Positions 26,188 through 37,496 of a DNA stretch of 64,000 nucleotides are shown here, piece by piece. Both the position numbers and the translations under genes were made by a program. The first letter of the stretch is position 1. Each line of letters begins with the position of its first letter. The stretch covers positions 1-64,000 of the forward strand of contig NIVC01002095.1 of assembly GCA_002269645.1 (NCBI GenBank), read 5' to 3'. Source of the stretch: Macrostomum lignano (Eukaryota). The notes under the pieces were generated by a model, which was not told where the DNA came from, ran no database searches, and worked only from the letters and a program-made list of their open reading frames with translations.

Positions 26188-27313
26188 GAAGCAGAGAGAG
26201 GGGGAAGCAGAGAGAGGGGGGAGCAGAGAGAGAGGGGGGAAGCAGAGAGAGAGAGAGAGAGGGGGGAAGCAGAGAGAGAGAGAGGGGGAAGCAGAGAGAG
26301 AGAGAGGGGGGGAGCAGAGAGAGGGGGGAAGCAGAGAGAGGGGGGAAGCAGAGAGAGAGAGGGGAAGCAGAGAGAGAGGGGGGGAAGCAGAGAGAGAGGG
26401 GGAAGCAGAGAGAGAGGGGGAAGCAGAGAGAGAGGGGGAAGCAGAGACAGGGGGAAGCAGAGAGAGGGGGGAAGCAGAGAGAGAGATAGGGGGGGGAAGC
26501 AGAGAGAGAGGGGGAAGCAGAGAGAGGGGGGGAAGCAGAGAGAGAGAGGGGAAGCAGAGAGAGAGGGGGGAAGCAGAGAGAGAGGGGGAAGCAGAGAGAG
26601 AGGGGGGGGAGCAGAGAGAGAGGGGGAAGCAGAGAGAGAGGGGGAAGCAGAGAGAGAGGGGGAAGCAGAGAGAGGGGGGGGGGAAGCAGAGAGAGGGGGG
26701 AAGCAGAGAGAAATGAAAATAGATAAAAGAGAAGAGAAAGGAGAGATCAGAGAGCAAATAAAGACGAGAGAGAAGAGAGGTGAAGGAAAAGATGAGAGAA
26801 TTGAGTGCGAGGAGAGGAAAGAGAAAAGAGATGAGATAAGAGAGATGAAAAAGAAGAGAAATGAGGGAAGAGACGAGAGAAGAGGGGAGAGAGGAAAGAG
26901 GAAAAAGAGAAAAGAGGAGAGGAGAGAGAGCTCAGAGAGGAGAGACGAGGGACGAGAGAGGAGAGGAAACAGAAGAGAAGATAGAAGTTTCAAAGGATCC
27001 AAGGGACGTAGGGAGAGTCAGAGGCAGAGGCCAGAGTTTGCCAATACATGTTTTAGAGTCAGACAGACATTAATTGCCTATTTAAAGTAAAAGCACCCCT
27101 AGCCAACAATATCAATGTTTGCCTCACATCCTAATTGTACGCGAATGTACTCCATTTTGTTTACCTTTATCCTACTAACTAACTATTAACAATTTTTTGT
27201 TTCAGTATGGGCTCAGATTTCAGAATACATGCAAAAATAGTACCGGGGATTGGAATTCCCCGGGTTCAAATTCCGCGGGTTTCAACAGCTTGTCTCTACC
27301 TATAAAAATAAAA

Positions 27314-27348
<35 letters not shown>

Positions 27349-28865
27349 ACAATTTTGATCGCTATGGACTCCCAAACCGCTCAACCAAATGACACCAAAC
27401 TTTACACCCACCCTAAACTTACTACGGAGAATGTCTTAGGCTACCTTAAAATTTCCTAAATTTGAGTCTTCCCACCTAAAAGTGCAAAAAACTGCTCAAA
27501 ATGCGCGATTTTTTCACTAAATCCTCCATAGCGCCGCTCCACTTCTACCGATTCTCTTCAACTTTGACACAGGCAATTTTCAACTATTTTGACACAATCG
27601 TGTAAAATTTCAAATCTCAAAGTTAATCCTGAAAGCCGCTGTGCACTTTTAAAGTTTGGCTGTTTTTTTCAGCGAGGCAGCCACCCCAACCTCCGCCCGC
27701 CTGCCTCTCTTTCCCGATCTGGGCCCAGATGTGAAAAAGGGGTTTAAAATGACTAACTTTCGGCTGCCATAAGTTTGCTCCACGTGAAGCGATTGACTTC
27801 AAACTTGACACAATTCTTTATTGACTCATTCTCTGACTAAATATAAAGTCTCAACTCTGTATCTCAATCAGGACAGAAACTGTAAGCATGTGAAGTTTGT
27901 CTGCTTTTTCTGTTGTTTGTGCCACTCACTCACTCATTCCCCCAGCCCAGACGAAGGGTCAGGCGATAGGGCTGAATGTACATGGCAACGTACAGTGTTT
28001 TGGAATAACTTTTAATATCCTTCTCTGCAACCCCGCGAGTGGAGAGGCGTGGAGAGGAGAGACAGTTTCAGCGAGAGATTCAAACCACTGTCCTCTGTAT
28101 AGACAAGTCTGCAGCAGTTTAATAGTGGATGGCAAATAGGCAAATCAAGGCAATGCAGGATGGTTTGTAAAAATAGCGAAAAATTAATGAATAACTTATT
28201 ACAATGCCATCCTACTAAATTAGTTACACCATGAAGCTTTTAACATTAGTTTCGCATAGGGGTAACTTAAAAATTTAAATGACTCCTAAGAAATGCGCAT
28301 TTCCTTGGTTGTTAGACTTCTGCAGAGTGCAGACTGTGGTGGTGGAGCTGGAGATACACAAATTCCTCTCAGGGCTGCTAATTGGTCAGAAAGGTGACGT
28401 GATTAAAGCATGAGAAATGATAACCATGATAGTACTACATCCCACAAACTGGCTTTCGAAGCAGGGATCGGTAGATTTTTAACTCAAAGGCCAGATAAAG
28501 AATCCAACTTATGGCTGCGGGCCAGATGAGAGTGAAAAAGAAAATGAATAGACTATTAGAAAGAGAGGAAGGGCGAGAGGGGGGTAAGAGAAAAAATATA
28601 AGATAACAGGAGAGACGAGTGGGGTGAGGACGAGGAGAGAGCAGAGAATATGGGAGGAGGAAGCGAGAGGAGGGGAGACAGGAGGGAGAGGAAAGAGTAG
28701 AGGTGAGAAGAGGAAGAGAGAAGAGGGGAGAGATGAGACAGAGGATCGATGAGAGAGGAGAGTAGAGAAGAGTGAGAAGAGAATAGAGAATAGAGAACAG
28801 AGAGGAGATAGGAGGGGAGAGAGAGGGAGAGAGGAGTGAGAAGAGAGGAGATAAGAGATGAGAGA

Positions 28866-28955
<90 letters not shown>

Positions 28956-29668
28956 AGAGAGAGAGAAAGAGAGAAATGAGAGAGTAAAGGGAAGAGAGGA
29001 GAGAGGAAAGATGAGATTGTGGAGATGAGAGAGTAGAGATGAGAGATGAAGGAAGAGAGAGCAGAGTGCAAAGAGACAAGAGAAGAGAATAGAGGGGAGA
29101 GAGTATAGAAGAGGGAAGAGAAGAGGAGTAAGAAGAGAGGATTCAGTAGATGGGAAAGAGAAGAGTACACAGGAGAGTGGAGAGTAAAGATGACAGAAGA
29201 GAGAGGGGGTAGAGAGCAAAGATGAGAGTGAACGCGATATATGAGAGGAGAGAGGAGAGTGAAGAAAGAAGAGAGAAGACAAGAGAGGGAGAGAATAGAA
29301 GAGGGAAGAGAAGAGAAGGGAAAAAGGAGAAAGGAAAGAGAGGAGTCAAAAGAGGGGAAAGAGAAGAGTACAGATAAGAGAGGTGAGAAAACATACGAGT
29401 ATAAGTGAGTAAAGATGGCAGATGAGAGAGGGGGATGAGAGACCAGAGACGAGAGTGAACAGACGAGAGATGGGAGAGTGAAAAGAAAAAAAGGATAGAA
29501 ATAAGAGATGAGAGGTGAGACAAAGGGAGAGAGAAGTGAGTGAGGAGAGAGGAGGGGAGGAGAGAAAACCGAGAGGACAGGGGAAAGAGGAGAAAGGATG
29601 AGAGAGGAGAGGAAACAGGGGAGAGATTAGAGGAGAAAGAGATATGGGACAGGAGAGAGCAGAGAGAT

Positions 29669-29742
<74 letters not shown>

Positions 29743-30480
29743 AAAGAGAGAGGAGAAAACATGCAGAAAGAATGAGAAGAGAGAAGAGAGAAAAGATAAA
29801 AGAAGAGATAGATAAGAGAGCAAAGACAAGAGAGAAGAGAGGTGAGGGAAGAGACAATAGAAGAGAGGAGAGAGGAGAGAGGAAAGAAGAGAAGAGATGA
29901 GAGGAGAGAGGAGAGAGTAGAGAGGAGGGAGGAGAGGAGGGATAAAAAAATAGAAGGAAGAGAGAATAGACGAGAGAATAGGGGATAGAAGAGAGAGAGA
30001 GAGAGAGAGAGAGAAGAGACAGAGACAAGAGAGAGGAGAGGAAACAGAAGAGAAGGTCGAAGTTTCTAAGAATCCAAGGGACATAAGGAGAGGCAGAGGC
30101 CAGAGTTTGCCTGTTCGCAGCACCCCAGCCAACAATATAAATGTTTGCCTCAAATCCTAATTTTTCACAAATGTACTCTATTTTATGTTTAATTCTAACC
30201 TAACTATATATTAACGAGTTTTTGTTTGAGTTTGACCTCAGATTTTAGAATACGAGTACATGCAAAAATAGTTCCAGGGATTGAAATTCCCCGGGTTCAA
30301 AATCCGCGGGTTTCAACAGCTTGTTGTTATCTATGTAGAATAAATAAATCTAGTCCATGAAGAACATGAAATTCTTGTTCCTTCATGTTCCATATATTAT
30401 TGTCTATATTTTTGTGCTGAAAGTAGAATACTCACTGTTATCTATGTAGAATAAATAAATCTAGTCCATGAAGAACATGC
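20817..30480 (+). repeat. ~112-bp repeat split by the Helitron array (copies ~20817-20927, ~30324-30435, partial 30436-30480)
   Basis: GTTATCTAT.TAGAATAAAT.AATCTAGTC.ATGAAGAACATG...GTAGAATACTCA occurs on both sides of the array. Confidence 0.8.
20928..30323 (+). mobile_element. Head-to-tail trimer of a non-autonomous Helitron (units 20928-24102, 24103-27292, 27293-30323)
   Basis: Each unit starts TCTCTAC.TATAAAAAT.AAAACTCTG(TCTG/TG)n..GACTCCCAAACCGCTCAACCAAATGACACC and ends with a GC-rich CCCCGGGTTCAAA.TCCGCGGG hairpin-like motif then TTTCAACAGCTTG. The array sits between A and T with no TSD, and each unit holds ~1.6 kb of GA-rich low-complexity DNA. Confidence 0.8.
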
Positions 30481-30744
30481 AATTCTGACATTCTGAAATG
30501 ACATGCAGTGTCCGAAGCGCCGGTGTCAGCCATCAGACAGTCAACGTAACGCCGAGTTCGCGCTTGACCTCGCCAGTAGGGTGCCTGCAGCGTGAGCAAC
30601 AGCACCTCCTGCACCGGCTGTGGGCAGTAGTAGTAGCGTACTGCTTGTTTCAATTGAAGACTATGTACATAAGTTTATATTGTGTATTCAACTTATTACA
30701 GGTATATTTATTTAACTGTTTATTAAAATTTTCAACTTCAATAC

Positions 30745-30784
30745 TGCCCTGACGATGACCTACAAGGGTCGAAATGCATTGGCA
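30745..30784 (+). ncRNA. Minimal type I hammerhead ribozyme (Penelope-like element signature)
   Basis: TGCC (stem I) - CTGACGA - T - GACC/TACAAG/GGTC (stem II) - GAAA - TGCA (palindromic loop) - TT - GGCA (stem I'). All core nucleotides are present; predicted cleavage after 30780 (AUU). Confidence 0.85.
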
Positions 30785-32419
30785 ATTAAATTAAAGTAAA
30801 TAAAAAGAAGTTAATGTTTGTTCTCTCATTCATTTTATTCCTATTAGAGTAGCGAGCTACTCTACCAGAATAAAAAGTATTTTATTTTGAGTATATAAAA
30901 GGGCAAAATGAAAACAAAGAATTGCGCGCCCCAAAAGTACATAAACGCTAAATTCTGCTGCCTGTTGGGCTGGGCGCCATTGTCCAGATGATAGAAGCGT
31001 AGAAGAAATACATTGCAGAGCACTTCCAATCCAAATATACTAAAAATGTTTATACTAAAAATGTAATCTCGAGAACAACAAACACTTCAAATGCGTTAGT
31101 ATGAGGAGCAGCACAAATGAGCATATCAGGGTGCGAATACGCTACAAATGTAGAAATGCAACGGTAGCTAGAGTCATAAGAATTGGAAAGCTGGATTAGC
31201 ATAAGCAGTCCACATCGAAAGAGAACAACTTGAAGGACTATTTTCGGTATTTTTACGGTATAGGATGGTACGACATTAGGAATTGGAGAACGCCGGCTAG
31301 TCTGTCTTCAGTCTGTCTGCCTTCTGAGCCGGCAAGTGGGGCAGTGCCACACCCTTGACGGTGCTAGCTTTACAATTCCAACGCAGAACTGGTGATGCCA
31401 GGCCTCACAGGAATCACAGGCAATCTGTGATGAAGATAAAGGGGCATGGGGAATGTAATTTTGACATGTGTGCTGCTGCTGCTATGTGCAAATGTTTCTC
31501 ACCCATTCATCCAGCTTCCTTTGTCACCGAGTCGAAAAAACTTCCTCCTCGCCGCAGGTGAAGCACAAGCCACTCGAGCCGATGGCGGCCTTTACCAAGG
31601 CATTCCAGATGCGCAGTCTCTGGTAAGGGATGTTTTTAATGACTTCTGGCAGGACGGTGTACTGCGTCCGTATGACGCTCTCGGCAAAGAGGCACACCAG
31701 GATGCCACAGCTGTAGCTGTCCTGCTGAATGAAGTGCCCTGGCATGCGTGCAGGCTTGTCCAGGGTCGGCCAGCCAGTAAGATTTTGCAGTTGGCTGCGT
31801 GCAGATTGTGGAATGGTAATGAGAACAGGTTTTACATAGTGATTAAGAAATATCTTCATGTCGGCTTACTTGACAGCAGTGACGAATTTCATAGTCAGCT
31901 CGTTGCTTTGCCTGCCCCTGGGGTCAATGACTGTGAGGCTGTGCACTCGCAAGTCTATGACGAGAAGGCAAAAATGGTGGCTGATGAGGAGAGGGCCGAC
32001 AACAATGCGACTGCCTGGCTTCCTGTTTGCATTAACAAGCTTGGCTTCAAGGCCATCTTGCAGAATGCTATCCCCTAGCGTTTCCACCTCGTAATGGTAC
32101 AGAGGCGTAATGCCATTACCCTTCGCCTGCCAGGCCAGTGTCGCTATGTAGGCGTTGGGGATCTGCAGCAGCGAATGAGGGGGATGCATGATGAGATTTG
32201 AAACATGAATGAGGAATTCGGTTTCGCCACTTACACTTGCTGAAATCCAGCGTGTGCCAAGCATGCTAGCGCGCTCGTAGGTCCAGATGGCGTAGTCGCA
32301 GGAGCCAGTTCTGACAGTAAATAGCTTCCTCTCCGTATCCACCGCCGCTGCAGAACTTTTATGCCGTTTACCCGGCAAGTTGGTAACTTCAGTCGAAAGT
32401 CTCTTCGAAACTTTGACTA

Positions 32420-32820
32420 ACTTGCTTACGGCTCGGCTGACTCGCTGGCTGGCTGGCTGGTTGGCTGGCTGCTGCTGGCTTCCATTGGCTACTGGCTGGC
32501 TGGTCGGCTGACTCGCTGGCTGGCTGGTCGGCTCGCTGCTGCTGGCTGCTGTTGGCTGCTGGCTGCGGCTGACTCGCAGCTGGCTGGCTGCTGCTGGTTT
32601 CCGTTGGCTGCTGGCTGGCTGGTCGGCTGACTCGCTGGCTGGCTGGCTGGTCGGCTCGCTGCTGCTAGCTGCTGTTGGCTGCTGGCTGCGGCTGACTCGC
32701 TGGCTGGCTGCTGCTGGCTTCTGTTGGCTGCTGGCTAGCTGGTCGGCTGACTCGCTGGCTGGTCGGCTCGCAGCTGCTGGCTGCTGGCTGCGGCTGACTC
32801 GCTGGCTGCTGTTGGCTGCT
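32420..32820. repeat. CAGC-based low-complexity repeat inside the MULE gene
   Basis: GGCTGGCTG/GCTGCTG variants encoding an S/Q/P-rich linker on the minus strand. Confidence 0.85.
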
Positions 32821-33529
32821 GGCTGCCTTTACTGTAAAGAAGGCAGGCGGCTGCTGCGGCTTAATGACCGTGATTCGAAACGGTCCCTTGCCGATTGCTG
32901 CTCCCTGATCCCTAGCGACTGCTGCTACCCGAACTCTCAGCGGCGGAGGGGTAGATGGTGCAGCTGCAGGCAATGTGGCCGCTGCAGCAGGAGGCGATAT
33001 GGCTGGTGCATTGCTCGGGCATTCCGGCTTCCGTTTCGGCTTTGCTCTCGGCTTACCTTTCCGAATGGCTGCAGAGCGGAAGAATAAGTGTTTTGTTATT
33101 CATTGGTAATAAGAAATAGGAAACATTATTGGGCACTTACCTGGCTGCGGAGCTTTCTTATCCATACGATCCATCACTTTCCTGTCCTTGCGCTCTGCTA
33201 CACTGTAAGCCTTACCCGGCAGCCTGCGGCTTCGCAGGAAGGACCTTGTCGCATTAATCAGTCTGTCGAATTTGATTGGAATGTTTTCCTCGCGTGCGAC
33301 AAACGATATATGCCGGCATCGCGTCATAACTCCGCAAAAGCATCTCATGTGGCGTCCTAGGTGATACACCACATTCTTTACTCCAGCAGAGTTCGTGACA
33401 ACGTACGAGCCATCAGAGATTTTCATCAGTTGGAAGCCTCCGCTACTCGTCACTTTACCGCTGCCAGTGCAATTGGAGGCAGCCGCCTCGGCCTCTTGCG
33501 TCTGCGTTCCAGCATCCATCACCTTCGCC

Positions 33530-33805
33530 TTGCTGTCTGCCTCGCCCTCCTGCCTCTTGGTCTTGCTGTCTGCCTTGCCCTCCTGCCTCTCGGTCTTGCT
33601 GTCTGCCTCGCCCTCCTGCCTCTCGGTCTTGCTGTCTGCCTCGCCCTCCTGCCTCTCGGTCTTGCTGTCTGCCTCGCCCTCCTGCCTCTCGGTCTTGCTG
33701 TCTGCCTCGCCCTCCTGCCTCTCGGTCTTGCTGTCTGCCTCGCCCTCCTGCCTCTCGGTCTTGCTGTCTGCCTCGCCCTCCTGCCTCTCGGTCTTGCTGT
33801 CTGCC
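33530..33805 (-). repeat. 33-bp coding tandem repeat (EADSKTERQEG, ~8 copies) in the MULE protein
   Basis: Near-perfect copies in frame between the catalytic core and the SWIM finger. Confidence 0.92.
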
Positions 33806-36800
33806 TCACTTTCGAAGACTGGTTCCAGCTCGCCGTCCTCGCCAACGCATAGCGTACCCTCCTTTACCAACTGCACTAAAGTCATCACAACTTGCATGAG
33901 GTATTCCTCTTGCATGTGCGTGACTCCCAGAGCAATGTTCTAAAGTAGCACGCTGTGGTCTGGTACAGACAACATTGGATAATCCTCCAGCTTCGCTTTG
34001 ATAAAAGCAAAGTCGTCTTTCAATCTGTAGCATCCAGTGTAGCCCATAAGACCTCTTGCAATTTCGTTATGCTTTGAAACTGACAGCGTGTAGAGGGTAA
34101 TAAGGCACTCGATTAGGCTGACTTTCCGCTCTGAATTGCAGAGTCGCTTCAGTACAGCATTCATTGACTCTGACTGATTCTGCGTGATGCCCGACGTTTC
34201 AGAGTATAGGCCTCCTATAAGCCAGCGGCCAGCGAATCGCCGTATAGTGGGCTCTGAAGTGCCGGTGAAGTAGGCCTGGAAGTCCCCATGCCAGTTGGGC
34301 TGCCTCAGTTCCAGCTGAGTCTCAAAGTCTTCCTCCGAAATGCATTTCAGAAGGGTTTTGACATCGGCCTTGATGCAGCTGTCAACGTTTCTGTTCTCGC
34401 TTAGCCATGTTGAGATGTTATTCAGCAGATGATTCCAGCACCCGAGAATTCACACTTTTGGCAACACTGCAGCCAGTCCGTTGTGCAATGCAACTTCTCC
34501 GTCCAGAACGCAGACAGTTGGAACCGACTTCAATGCTGGTAGATATTCACCAGCCACCTCCCAGAAAATTCGATGAACATTGCTGATCTTTTGGCCATGC
34601 ATTAGGAATATCGGAGCGCAGATCGGCTGGCTCTCGAATATGGCGAGGCAAACAACAAGCAGTGACACCAGTATGCCTTTCACAGAAAATCCAGTATCAT
34701 AAGATAGCATTAAACCTTCAGGCTGGCACTCTATGACGCTATTCACAAGATTGAGCAGATCTCGTTGACCAACAACAATGCCCATACCTGGCAATGCAGT
34801 GAAATGCAGAGTAAACTCTGGAATTTCATTGCGCAGCGCTGCCACTGACAGGATTTGGTCATGCAGCCGATAACGGGCCGTTTCATACTCCCTAGCATTT
34901 GAGGCCTGCTTGGGATTGCGGGGCATACAGTCTGGGTTGCCATCCTTCGAGCACCTGGCCATCAGGTGATTGTAAATGGCTGTCGGCACCTGCTCCTTCA
35001 TCGCCTTCATTGCGTGCAGCACCGACGGCATTGTTCAGACATATGGTTTAGCTCCATCCTTGCGAAGTCGCCATGCGTGGGAGGCTTCACGTGCAGCTGA
35101 CGCATCACCAAAGTATTCCACCAGAGTGTACCTGTATGGGATGTTTACATTGCAAGAAATTATTCAGCGACTATCTGCTAAGCACTGGCAACCAAACTGT
35201 CTCAGTACAATCAGTTATCAAAAACTGAATAGAAGCAGAACACAGCCCAACACAAGTCAACAGCTGCTTACTTTTCATCAATGCTACCATCAGGCCTGAT
35301 CAAAATGGTAGCCATTCCTCCAGAAGTTGACATTCTGCTCCAGCATGTCAATAAATTGAAACTTAAATTTTCTAACCAGCTTCACATGTGCTGTCCTGAA
35401 AAGAATTTTTGATGCATTAGTTGCATTTGGTTGAGCTTTGTGCTAAATTTAGATTTTGTGCATTAAATTTATAAAATTGCTTGCTTTAAAATTCTTCAAT
35501 ATTCTTAAAAACCTTGTAAATAGTACAAATATTTTCCCTTGATAAACACACACCATGCATGTCAATAGATAGTTCCACAAGAACAAAACTTTACTACTGT
35601 ACATAGCACAGTGTTATTTAATATTGTGCTATTACTAGTTGACCAAATTGCCAGAAAATTATGAAAGATATAATTCATTACAATAATTCAATCACTGCTC
35701 ACCTTGGCAGCTTGTCACCACCTGCGCATGTCCACCGATACCCATCCACACGCCAGTCCCTCTTCTTATCCATAGACTCTGCCTCGTAAATGTAAACTAA
35801 TCCACCCTCAATCGGCATTCTCTTAGGCCTATTTAAAATAAAACCTCCACCTCGCATTCCCCCTGCGCTCTTCTGACAAGAATGTCATGCGCTTGCTGTG
35901 CAGAGAGGCCCAGTCTTCTAGCCAGTGCTCCACTTGATCTTTTTGTCGTCTGGGATTCATTTCCGTTTTGTTCCATACTTCTTAAAGCGGAGTGTAAAAA
36001 TTTAAAGGAAAAATAAATAAAAGAAAAAGCTAGACCATTCAAATAGAAAAATCTGGACTACTTGCAGAAACTAACAGAGTCTACAGCTGAATTAAATGCA
36101 GAAGCTAACAATTTTAAGTCGCAACTGTAAAGGAAAATAGCCAGATTGCCAGTCAATAGCTAGAAGACCAAGAAGACAGCACAAAACCTGACTAGTATTG
36201 CTCATGTGCTCAAGCCACATTGAATATTTTATTACTCCAATTTTCATTAGCAGTTGGAGACAAATTTACTGATAGAAATAAATTATAAATATTTCAAAAA
36301 ATACTTTCCGTATCCAAAACCAGTCTACTGTAACTTACACAGTGTAGAAGGAACCATATTTGTTTAAGCGCGCAAATATTCAAAAAAAAATTCCAGGCCG
36401 GATGCAGGCCGACTCCGGCCTGGCCTGAAATAAGGGACTCCCAAAGGGAATAGGAAAGGATTGATAGGCCTAGGCCCCCTACCAAACTTTAAATGTATAA
36501 AATTCAAATATTAGGCTAGAAAGGTTGTAGCCTATACATGGCAGTCCTCCACCTAGGCTAGTGACTAGTGTTTTAATTGCACAGATAGACCTATCTTTAT
36601 TTTATCTTCTCTAGTCTATCTTAATTTATACTAAAGGGGAAACGGTTAAGGCTTTATAAAGATATCTTTAAAGATAGATATCTATAACTCCTAATTAAAT
36701 TTCTTTTCTATTTGTGTTTCCTATTAGAATTATTTTGAAAAACATACAGTTTTTAGATATATACATTAGTAGCTTTTAGAAAACCTATAGGGGCTATAGG

Positions 36801-37496
36801 TAGACCTACTATTCATTAGATAGACATAATTTTTGGATATATAGTCATACACTGCACTATATCTCATGAATAACTTTTTCTAAGGTGTGCTACTAGGCCT
36901 TCTTATCTATGACTATATTTAAATTTTCTTTGGTAGCATGCCAGATTTTCTAGACTATATTAGTATATATCTAAGTTGAAGTTTAAAGCTATATCTATAT
37001 ATAAATTTAATTAATAGTCTAATATAAAGTTGTATCACAACAAAAAATTCCCCATATTCTATATCTATATTTGTATTTTAAAGTCCTTTGTAGCCAGCTT
37101 TTTGTGTCATGATGTGTCACATCACGCTAACTATTTGGTTTATATATTTGTACTTTTAATGCCAAATTGGTATCCTATTTCTACCAATAAGCCAGAGAAA
37201 AGAGAAGAGAGAGAATACAACAGAGAAAATAGATGGGAAAGGAAAAATTGGAGGGGAGAGGAGAGGAAAGTGGAAAGAGAAGAATTATTTATTAGAGAAA
37301 AAAAGGGGAAGATAAGAGAAAAGAGCCAAAATGAGTATGAAGAAAAGACCAACCTTGAGCAGGCCAGCTTGCTGTTGTAAAGTTTAAAAGAACTGAAACC
37401 TGATGGCCAGATAGCGAAGCTTTGTGGACCAAAGTCTATAGGTTTGGTCTTACACAAAAGTCTTACACAGAAAACCTACTTACTGCAAAACTCTTT

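Larger units (their letters stand above)
31308..35975 (-). pseudogene. Spliced MULE transposase fused to SWIM, Ulp1/C48 protease and PHD finger; several in-frame stops
   Basis: Exon ~35821-35703 encodes VYIYE..DWRVDGYRW (CG-1/WRKY-GCM-like). From ~35130 one frame gives PRNPKQ, LSYDTGF, VLDGEVAL, GCWNH and TQNQSESMN (MULE DDE core), then CFC..CRH (SWIM). After an intron near 33139-33070 come SHHFCLLVID and QQDSYSCGILVC (Ulp1 H-D-C). After a 78-bp intron (31502-31425): CFTC...DEW|IACDSCEAWHHQFCVG...WHCPTC (PHD), stop at 31308. 5' exon limits are uncertain. Confidence 0.88.
20591..36425 (-). mobile_element. Putative ~15.8-kb composite Mutator-like element (MULE) bounded by ~50-bp TIRs
   Basis: GGCCAAGCCGGAGTCGGCCTGCATCCGGCCTGGATTTTTTTTTGAAT at ~20591 is the inverse of ATTCAAAAAAAAATTCCAGGCCGGATGCAGGCCGACTCCGGCCTGGCC ending at ~36425. 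The MULE gene starts ~450 bp inside the right TIR. Flanks TGAAAACA / TGAAATAA match only 6/8 as a TSD. Confidence 0.68.

Noticed and set aside
22159-30153. Numerous S/L/P-rich and R/E/G-rich ORFs
   Set aside because: Products of GA/CT low-complexity DNA within the Helitron units.
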